Positions 17,667 to 24,823 of a DNA stretch of 53,906 nt are shown here, piece after piece. The stretch's first letter is position 1. Every line of letters begins with the position of its first letter. A program made the translations under genes and the position numbers. Origin of the DNA: Verrucomicrobiota bacterium (GTDB lineage Bacteria > Verrucomicrobiota > Verrucomicrobiia > Limisphaerales > UBA8199); assembly GCA_037130375.1 (NCBI GenBank), contig JBAXTC010000002.1, positions 1 through 53,906 of the forward strand, in the 5' to 3' direction. The notes under the pieces were generated by a model. The model did not search any database, was not told the DNA's origin, and saw only the letters and a program-made list of their open reading frames with translations.

Positions 17667-18938
17667 TCACCAGCGCCGCAACGAGTCCTCGGTTGTTTCT
17701 TCCACGCGGGCATTGACGCGCTCGGTGAAGCCGGGGCGGAGTTTTGTGCCCAGGCCGGGCTTGGCCGGCACCGCGATGTGGCCTTCGCTCACCGGAATGC
17801 GATCGGTCACCACGTCGTTATACCAACCGTCGAGATAACCCCGGACTGTCTCCATGATGAGCGCATTGGGAATGTGCAGCATGAAATGCACGGCGGCCCA
17901 GAGCGCTACCGGCCCAATCGTGTCGTGGCAAGTCACTGGCAAGTAATACGTGTCCGCGAGGCTGGCGATCTTGCGGCCTTCCGTTAAGCCGCCGCCCCAG
18001 GACAAATCGGGCATGATAATGTCTGCCGCAGCTTGCTCGATCCAGGGACGGAAGCCAAATCGGGTAAACACGCGCTCGCTTTGGCAGAGCGGGATTTTAG
18101 TCGCCTGCTTGAGGCGCACATAGGCTTCGGGATTATCTGGCGGCATGATCTCTTCCAGCCACATAATGTCGTAAGGTTCCAGCGCCCGGGCGATGCGGGT
18201 GGCTGTCGGCAAATCCCATCGCGCGTGGCCCTCGATAGCGATACTCATCTGATCCCCAACCGCCTGGCGGATGGATTCCACCACCGCGATCCCGCGCTTC
18301 AGCTCCTCAAGGGCAATCGAATGGCTGAGCACGCCTGCCGCCGTCGTTGCGCCCCAAATGACCACCGGCTCGCGCGGCTTGTCCGGTCCCCCCAGAGACC
18401 TTCCAAACTGATCGAATGGCCAAATCTTCATCGCGCGAATGTCCTGCCGCAGCAAGTCCCTGGCGAGTTCACCGGCCTGGCCTTTCATTACCAGTTCCAT
18501 GTCGGTGTATTTCCCGAAGCTCACGCAGGTGTTATAGATAGGGATGCGGTCGCGACTGCGTCCGCCGAGCAGGTTGTAAATTGGCTGGCCGAGGTGCTGG
18601 CCTGCAAGGTCCCAAAGCGCCAAATCCAGCGCCGAGAGCGCCCGCATTTCCGCCCCGGCAAACCCGCAAAAGTTTACCAGTGAAAATAAATTGTTCCAAT
18701 GGCTTTCGAGATTAAGCGGGTCGCGCCCGATGAGCAGCGGGGCAAAAGCTCCATGAACGACGGCCGCTACCGCACGCGGCAAATAATAGGTCTCTCCCAG
18801 CCCGACCAAGCCGTCATCGGTATAGATGCGGACCCACAAATTGTTGGGCAGAACCTGGCGAGCGCTCGGATTGATTTTGCGCCACTCAGCTTCCGGCAGC
18901 GCCTCGAACCAGATGGTCTCGATTTTTGTGATTTGCAT
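17667..18938 (-). CDS. Enolase-superfamily enzyme (mandelate racemase/muconate lactonizing family; sugar-acid dehydratase-like)
   Basis: 423 aa. The N-terminal capping-domain pattern is MQITKIETIWFE...LWVRIYTDDGLVGLGETYY. The barrel region carries acidic metal-ligand positions (IAIEGHARWD, MWLEEIMPPD, LCQSERVF). Confidence 0.85.
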   Translation of the reverse strand: MQITKIETIWFEALPEAEWRKINPSARQVLPNNLWVRIYTDDGLVGLGETYYLPRAVAAVVHGAFAPLLIGRDPLNLESHWNNLFSLVNFCGFAGAEMRALSALDLALWDLAGQHLGQPIYNLLGGRSRDRIPIYNTCVSFGKYTDMELVMKGQAGELARDLLRQDIRAMKIWPFDQFGRSLGGPDKPREPVVIWGATTAAGVLSHSIALEELKRGIAVVESIRQAVGDQMSIAIEGHARWDLPTATRIARALEPYDIMWLEEIMPPDNPEAYVRLKQATKIPLCQSERVFTRFGFRPWIEQAAADIIMPDLSWGGGLTEGRKIASLADTYYLPVTCHDTIGPVALWAAVHFMLHIPNALIMETVRGYLDGWYNDVVTDRIPVSEGHIAVPAKPGLGTKLRPGFTERVNARVEETTEDSLRRW

Positions 18939-18949
18939 ATCGTAAAGAC

Positions 18950-19228
18950 TCAGACGTGACGCTTAGCGTGGTCATGGGGGATACCGGCGTTGGTCCAGGT
19001 CAGGACATGCTGAATGCGGTCTGTGTCGAGGGTGGTGTCACTTTCTACCCGCGCCCATGACGGCAATAGTGCTGATGCTGGCTGTCCGTGGTGGATAAAC
19101 GAGAATGGCGGGATGTTTGTGGCAGTCAGAAGATTGCGTTCCGCCCAATCGCGCTCTTGCGCCATTTCGCCAGTTGAAACCGTGACGGCGGCGGGTGCCG
19201 TCGCCGCTGTCAACGCTCCCAAAATCAT
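18950..19228 (-). pseudogene. N-terminal remnant (about 75 codons) of a GH36-like hydrolase gene
   Basis: GEMAQERDWAERNLL...IPPFSFIHHGQPASALLPSWARVESDTTLDTDRIQHVLTWTNAG aligns with the N-termini of the intact paralogues. Examples are VQERDRWSQQHIL...LPFSFIYGGRDSGELLSQWKLRV...TERSMTWSDPATG at 24824..26935. Homology then stops and the ORF ends. Confidence 0.7.
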
Positions 19229-19235
19229 GGCCTTC

Positions 19236-20069
19236 TCACGGACTTAGGACTACCGTGCAATGTTGTTGCAACCACGCGACATCCACGCTGTTCGGGGAGG
19301 CGAGGTACGTCAGAACCTGCGTGGTTCCGGATGGAACGGCGGTGCGCGAATCGCGCCATTTATGGATTTCAGAATGTCCATCCATAAAACAAACGCCACA
19401 GGCATTATTGTGCCGGCTTGCGGGGATATTGGCCCACATAGCCCTTGGACCGGTGTCTATCATGTCCACCCCGAACGCGCCATCGTCTATGCTATCCTCG
19501 CGCTCGTCAATAAATGTGAATATGTCCGAAGGTCTTGCGACATCAGACATCTTGCGGAAATTCTGGAACTTGACATCCGGAGCATAAATCCAACTGTCAG
19601 GGCAATTCAACTTTTGATTGGCGGCATAGCTTCGCACACGTTCAATTGTGGCGCCTCCCATTAGTGCAGTGCTACGGTCGGCGGGGCATTTGTAAACCGC
19701 GATGCTGTTCAGATAAGGATACAACTTCCCGGCGGGCCACTTGAGATTGGTGGTGTTGGTATTGTCCCTGACGTTAGCCGTGCCGAGTACCATCCACCCC
19801 TGAACCCAGCCGCCGGGTTGACTCAGCCAGGCACAGGGTATAATCTGATTATTGTTATCGTTGGCGTACATGATCCCCGCAAGGCTGAGTTGTCGGAGGT
19901 TGTTCGCACACGCAGTCCTTTGCGCCGCTATTTTCGCCTTGGTCAGCGCTGGTAAAAGCAACGCCGCAAGAATTGCGATGATGGCGATGACCACCAACAG
20001 TTCAATTAGAGTGAAAGCGCGCATCACAATGCCGTTGCCTTCGCTCGTTGATAGACTTTGATATTTCAT
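19236..20069 (-). CDS. Prepilin-type N-terminal domain / H-X9-DG pseudopilin-like protein (P2)
   Basis: [18 protein letters not shown]|[28 protein letters not shown]. The C-terminus has [13 protein letters not shown]. Confidence 0.9.
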   Translation of the reverse strand: MKYQSLSTSEGNGIVMRAFTLIELLVVIAIIAILAALLLPALTKAKIAAQRTACANNLRQLSLAGIMYANDNNNQIIPCAWLSQPGGWVQGWMVLGTANVRDNTNTTNLKWPAGKLYPYLNSIAVYKCPADRSTALMGGATIERVRSYAANQKLNCPDSWIYAPDVKFQNFRKMSDVARPSDIFTFIDEREDSIDDGAFGVDMIDTGPRAMWANIPASRHNNACGVCFMDGHSEIHKWRDSRTAVPSGTTQVLTYLASPNSVDVAWLQQHCTVVLSP

Positions 20070-20160
20070 ATTGCGTCAATCTGATCGCTTCTCTCTCTGT
20101 TCCTTCGTCCGCAGGCACATATCTTTCGAAGACGCCGTTTTTGGCAGAGGTCACTGACAA

Positions 20161-20997
20161 CTATCGCACCGGAGTCGCTACGGCAGCTTGCATGCGACGC
20201 AAGTCTTTGCTATTCGGGGTGGGTGTAAAATAAACGTGGAGATGTCCGGTGCTCGGTTCGAGCCAATGCCAGTACTCGGCGTGGCCATCAGCAAATGCCA
20301 GGGTGCAGCCATAGTCGTGAATCACAGTAGGCCAGTTGCCCCACGACTGACGTTCTGCGGGCGTTCCCCACATGCCGTCGTCAATGCTGGCACCGGCTTC
20401 GTGAATAAACGTCAAGGCTTGAATGGGCGATGGATGTAAAATGTCCGTGTCCTTATGGTTGACGCGATAATGGTTCGGTGAAAAATCCCATTGCGCTTGA
20501 TAATCGGGTCTGCCGTTCATCGACGCGTTCAAAGAGTAGCTGCGGACCCGCAAGTCCCTACCGCCCGTAGCCCCGCGTATCGGTTCGTTAGGAATCGTGC
20601 TGCGGTCCAAGGGACAGCGGTAGATACCCAAGGATTTGTTATAGGGAAAAAGAAAGCCGGTTTTAATGAAATTGCTATTGGTTGCCTGGTCGTTCATCAC
20701 CATGCTTCCCAGAATCCACGAGTTTTGGAGGTCGCTTCCAAGGACTTCCTGAGCGATGTCGTTGCCAACCAACCGGCCATTGTTATCGCCGTAATACATT
20801 ATCCAGCACACGTCCATTTGCTTTAGGTTGTTGAGACAACTTATCCGCAGGGCTTTCTGCTTGGCGTTGGAAAGTGCCGGCAGCAGGAGGGCGGCGAGAA
20901 TTGCGATGATGGCGATTACGACCAGCAGCTCGATTAGCGTAAAGGCGCGACTCGCAACGCCTTTGGTTTCAGATCTCGACAGCTTCCGTATTGTCAT
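20161..20997 (-). CDS. Prepilin-type N-terminal domain / H-X9-DG pseudopilin-like protein (P3)
   Basis: [18 protein letters not shown]|[28 protein letters not shown]. The C-terminus has [13 protein letters not shown]. Confidence 0.9.
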   Translation of the reverse strand: MTIRKLSRSETKGVASRAFTLIELLVVIAIIAILAALLLPALSNAKQKALRISCLNNLKQMDVCWIMYYGDNNGRLVGNDIAQEVLGSDLQNSWILGSMVMNDQATNSNFIKTGFLFPYNKSLGIYRCPLDRSTIPNEPIRGATGGRDLRVRSYSLNASMNGRPDYQAQWDFSPNHYRVNHKDTDILHPSPIQALTFIHEAGASIDDGMWGTPAERQSWGNWPTVIHDYGCTLAFADGHAEYWHWLEPSTGHLHVYFTPTPNSKDLRRMQAAVATPVR

Positions 20998-21052
20998 GCG
21001 AACTCCCGAGGGTTGGTTAACACCTTCAAAGTTATTACTCTACAAAATGTGT

Positions 21053-21089
21053 CCTGCATCGCGAAGCTCAGAGAACTCCGCGATGCAGG
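21053..21089 (-). terminator. Intrinsic-terminator-like hairpin after the 1079-aa LamG gene
   Basis: The perfect 11-bp arms are CCTGCATCGCG (21053-21063) and CGCGATGCAGG (21079-21089), with a 15-nt loop. On the sense (minus) strand the hairpin is followed by ACACAUUUUGUAG. It lies between the stop at 21118 and the P3 start at 20997. Confidence 0.55.
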
Positions 21090-21117
21090 TGTGGGCATTT
21101 CAAATAATCAACCCTGA

Positions 21118-24100
21118 TTACTCACGAATGCGATAATACTTTTGGACACCCGTCGGGGTTATGGTCCACGGACTGCTGGCCCCGACTACGTCAGCGTAGG
21201 CTCCGGCCGCATTTGTGGCAGACTGCAAAATGCCGCTGCCAGACCAAGTGAGGGTCAGGCTGCCACCTGAGTACGTCGCCGTGATCGGCAGGAGGATGGC
21301 AGCGCTTTCGGTCGGGCCAATTCCCGCCGGGGTATATGCGGGATTGCCTGACAGCACCAGCTTGTCAAAGACGAACCCGTCTTCCCGCATCCATACGTTG
21401 ATGATGTGAGCGCCGCTTGTTGGGACCGTGAACGTAGCACCCGTCGGCGTCGGGGTCGAGCCCCAAGCGTAACCAGCCGCTTGTGGCCATTGGCCATTCT
21501 CGCGGAAAGCTACAACGCCGTCCAACCCCAAATTAATGGAGTCACTTGCGCCCCCAGCATCGCTATCCCCTGAGCCGCGCACCCAGACAGTGAATGTGCC
21601 GCTTGTGGCGAAATAAACGCGGTAGTCCAGCTCCGGGATGCCGACCGGCATGTCGCCGGGATTGTAACTATAGGATGTGCCGGAGTTCGGGAGGGCAACC
21701 ATGCAGCCGGTGCCAGAGAAGTTCGTGTTGACCGACGTGGGCAACAGGAAAGGTGAGCTGGTGGTGAAGGTCCAACTTTGGCCGGCTCCCGGCGTGTTCA
21801 GGGTATAATTCTCAGCCTCAAGAACCAAAAGGTTGTTGGCGCTTGAATCCTGGAGCCGGGCCACGTCGCTAGGCACGGCAATCGTGACAGGGGTGGTCGC
21901 GGCATTACCCGCCCAATCGGTGACGCCGGTGGCGGTTAACGTATAGGTTGGCCCCCAGTTAATCGGGGAGGTGGTGAGGCGCACAGTTGTCGCATTAACC
22001 ACCGTGGCAGCACTGACTGTCACACCATGATTAATGGCATACTTCGATGCATTTGCCGCCGTACCTGGGGTGACGGCACTCGAAAACACGACCGTCACCT
22101 CTGTGTTCTGATTAATGCTGACCGTGGCAGAAACCAGCCCGGGTCCGCTTGCCGCCGGCGTGAAATACTTGCTGATCAAGTAATTTTGAACCGCAGTATC
22201 TTGAGCAGGTGACACACTGGTATAAACCAGGATTTCCGAGATGTCGCCAACAAGGTTTTGGGTGCCGCCTGGGAAGAGCGCCCCAATCATAAAGCCGCGA
22301 GCGGTAGTATAATCAATAGCCTTCGTGTTCGGAAGAATCCCGACTTGAACGGTATTAAGAGCCAGAGTCTGGTCTCCAGGATTCGCAAACGCGGCCACGA
22401 TCAAAGTTGGCACCCGGTTGCCCAGGACGGGACTCGGGTCGATGGGGTAATACGAATTTCCGACGCCGCCTGCCCCTCCCCCCCACGTGGCCCATTTTAA
22501 TGCTCCTGCGCGGGAGTCGCTGCCTCCCAAGACATAGCCTTCCCAGTTACCGATAAAGTCATCTGATTGTTTCGCGGCGTCCAAGTCACCGACGAGATAA
22601 ATGGTAATATTTTGCAGATTAAAGGCAGCCGTGCCAGCAACTAGCAGACCGCATGTGCCATCGAAACTAAGCACCGAGTGCATGGCGTTCGGACAAGCCA
22701 CTTGCCCGACTTTCACGTTTCCAAAAGACGGAAAGGCGGAGTGGGTCATGCTCGGGTCGGATTGGTCATCCCATTGATAAACGCCAATGCTGTCGGACAT
22801 AACGTTCGTATCGGCTGCCAGCCACAAAAGCCGATTCGCTGAAGGAGGCGTACTCACTATGCCAGGGATCGGTATGGTGGCTTTTGCGTCTGTCGCAACA
22901 TTCCCATACCTGTCTTGAACGCCGTTCACGGTGAGAGTGCTCGGCGCGGTGGTTATCGGAGTGGTGCTCAAAACAACCGAGGTAACGAAATTCGTGCCCT
23001 CTGCCGCTGTTGCGCCATTGACGGTGACGCCATTATTGATGCTGTAGTTGGCAATAGTGGTGGCGGTGGACGCGCTCACCAGCCCAGAAAAGACTACGGT
23101 CAACTTCGTCGAATCAGCATAATCCCGCAAGGCTGACAGCACCGTGGGTTTATTGGTTGGGACAATCACCGTTAAAACGGCACCGAGGCTGTTCGTGAAG
23201 CCAACACTGTTGCTCACTTTAACGCTATAAACGCCCGAATCACCCCCTGTCGCGCTCGCTATGGTATAAGTCGGAGAATCAGGCGCGCCAACAATCGGTG
23301 TGCCCGGTGTGCCTTTCAGCCACTGATACGAAAACGGAGGTGTTCCGTCGGCAAGCACCGAGAAACTGACGGGCGAAAAGACCGGCACGCTCGTGCCCTG
23401 CGGCTGGGTCGTGATCACCGGAGGTCCGGCGTTGAGGAAATATTTGGTCAGCAGGTAAGCTTCGGTGGCCGCCAGTTCACTACCGGAGAGCGTACGGTTG
23501 TACATTACCACTTCCGCAAGGTCGCCGGCGAATCGCTCAGACGCGCCACCGAGGCCCAACACGTTATCGGGAGGAGTGGCTCCCTGCGTATGGCAACAAA
23601 TTGTGAACGGTTCACCTACCAAACCACCGCCGCGACCCACTCCTGTCATGGAATAGTTTGCCCAGCCGCCCGTGGAACGGAAATATTCCCGGAAGGACAA
23701 GGTGCCCCCGGCAGTGACATTCATTTCAATAATTGACCATTCGGGAGCTGTCGGTATGGGATTTCCGAGGTTGAACACCACCGGCGAGACGTACGTAACA
23801 AACATATAGCTCGGGACAGCTTCCCATTCGCCCAATTCATAGGGACATGCAGCCCCGCGTTTGGCAACAATACACGGAGCTCCCCCCACACCGTGAACGG
23901 CGTTGTTCTGGAAAACGACGATAATGGTGATGTCGTGTGTCGGATCAATCAGTGTGGGGTCGTTTGCATCCAGATTGTTCGTCTGCCAAAGGCGATCGGC
24001 CAAATGGCCATTTGGGGGAGGGATCGAGGGATCGTTGGCCTGGCGGAAATGAACGGCATTGAACGTGAGACCGTTATTGTTCGCGACAATCAACTGTGGC

Positions 24101-24357
24101 GTATGGTTCTCCGGGTCATTGGCGGTATCGACCGTGGGCAGCGGGGGAACGGTCAAAACTGTTCCATTCGTGGAGCTGTCCGCCCAAACGGGGACGGTCG
24201 AGCCGGACAAGGTGTCGCCCTTAAGCCATAGCTTCAGCGTAGGATCATTTGTATTGATCTGCGCATAAGCCGCGCAGCTAATCAGAATAAACAGGGCTTG
24301 GAGGCCAAGCCATTTCATGGCCCGGCCATTGAAATACAGAAGTGGTGATGTTATCAT
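21118..24357 (-). CDS. Giant secreted LamG/Ig-like multidomain protein (2 LamG-type modules, I-set Ig, 2 SbsA/Big-like Ig, CBM-like domain, shared FYR C-terminal module)
   Basis: 1079 aa. The signal peptide fits best from the internal Met (MKWLGLQALFILISCAAYAQ, start 24318). The LamG modules end ...FAGDLAEVVMYNRTLS...YLLTKYF and ...LVGDISEILVYTSVS...YLISKYF. The Ig domain is PPFSYQWLKG...GVYSVKVSNSVG. The CBM-like part is LVLEAENYTL...FVFDKLVLS. The C-terminus is ...SLTLTWSGSGILQSA...KYYRIRE. Confidence 0.85.
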   Translation of the reverse strand: MITSPLLYFNGRAMKWLGLQALFILISCAAYAQINTNDPTLKLWLKGDTLSGSTVPVWADSSTNGTVLTVPPLPTVDTANDPENHTPQLIVANNNGLTFNAVHFRQANDPSIPPPNGHLADRLWQTNNLDANDPTLIDPTHDITIIVVFQNNAVHGVGGAPCIVAKRGAACPYELGEWEAVPSYMFVTYVSPVVFNLGNPIPTAPEWSIIEMNVTAGGTLSFREYFRSTGGWANYSMTGVGRGGGLVGEPFTICCHTQGATPPDNVLGLGGASERFAGDLAEVVMYNRTLSGSELAATEAYLLTKYFLNAGPPVITTQPQGTSVPVFSPVSFSVLADGTPPFSYQWLKGTPGTPIVGAPDSPTYTIASATGGDSGVYSVKVSNSVGFTNSLGAVLTVIVPTNKPTVLSALRDYADSTKLTVVFSGLVSASTATTIANYSINNGVTVNGATAAEGTNFVTSVVLSTTPITTAPSTLTVNGVQDRYGNVATDAKATIPIPGIVSTPPSANRLLWLAADTNVMSDSIGVYQWDDQSDPSMTHSAFPSFGNVKVGQVACPNAMHSVLSFDGTCGLLVAGTAAFNLQNITIYLVGDLDAAKQSDDFIGNWEGYVLGGSDSRAGALKWATWGGGAGGVGNSYYPIDPSPVLGNRVPTLIVAAFANPGDQTLALNTVQVGILPNTKAIDYTTARGFMIGALFPGGTQNLVGDISEILVYTSVSPAQDTAVQNYLISKYFTPAASGPGLVSATVSINQNTEVTVVFSSAVTPGTAANASKYAINHGVTVSAATVVNATTVRLTTSPINWGPTYTLTATGVTDWAGNAATTPVTIAVPSDVARLQDSSANNLLVLEAENYTLNTPGAGQSWTFTTSSPFLLPTSVNTNFSGTGCMVALPNSGTSYSYNPGDMPVGIPELDYRVYFATSGTFTVWVRGSGDSDAGGASDSINLGLDGVVAFRENGQWPQAAGYAWGSTPTPTGATFTVPTSGAHIINVWMREDGFVFDKLVLSGNPAYTPAGIGPTESAAILLPITATYSGGSLTLTWSGSGILQSATNAAGAYADVVGASSPWTITPTGVQKYYRIRE

Positions 24358-24673
24358 GATATTTGTTTTTGTGTTATTCGTTTTGGATTTAGTTTGCTAC
24401 TCACAGGTTCAGCCGGCGGCGAAGCTGGCTTTCGGTACAAATACAATGCTTGCCTTTCGGTAATCATAAGTATTGCTTTCAATCATAAATATAGCACTGT
24501 TCACGAATCGTCACCTCCTTTTTTCGACGTAAAGAATCCTCTTTTTAGATCATCTGGAAAGTTTGCGCATGGAGGGGCGGGGCGGGGAAATGAAGAATGA
24601 GGAACGGTGGTTGGCAAGGGCAGGGGACAGCAGGGGAGATTTAGGGGGAAAAGCAACACAACGCGAGCCGATG
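24358..24673 (-). promoter_or_regulatory. Conserved non-coding 5' leader/promoter block, copy A (paralogous to 33479..33776)
   Basis: It aligns end to end with copy B. I counted 57/58 identical nt at 24616-24673 vs 33719-33776, and 44/45 at 24513-24557 vs 33615-33659. Similarity ends abruptly after ...acgcgagccgatg. No ORF is conserved between the copies. Confidence 0.6.
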
Positions 24674-24823
24674 AATGGTCGGGTGGAGCGGAGGCGCGAC
24701 ATGATTAGGCCAATGGCTTCCAATGGTTCTGCCCTTTCGAGGATCGTGGCAAACCGTCATAGCCATGGTTTCAAGGCAGGAATTGGTCATGCGAGGTGTA
24801 ACCGAAAGTAAGCCGTGCAAAAC

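Noticed and set aside
24480-24530. Strong Shine-Dalgarno-like AAGGAGG in the conserved leader (sense strand), followed in copy A by a GTG-initiated 31-codon ORF; considered as a leader peptide or attenuator
   Set aside because: At the equivalent position copy B has GCG instead of GTG. Its downstream frames stop within a few codons or differ because of the indel, so no peptide is conserved between the two copies. The conservation is therefore at the nucleotide level.
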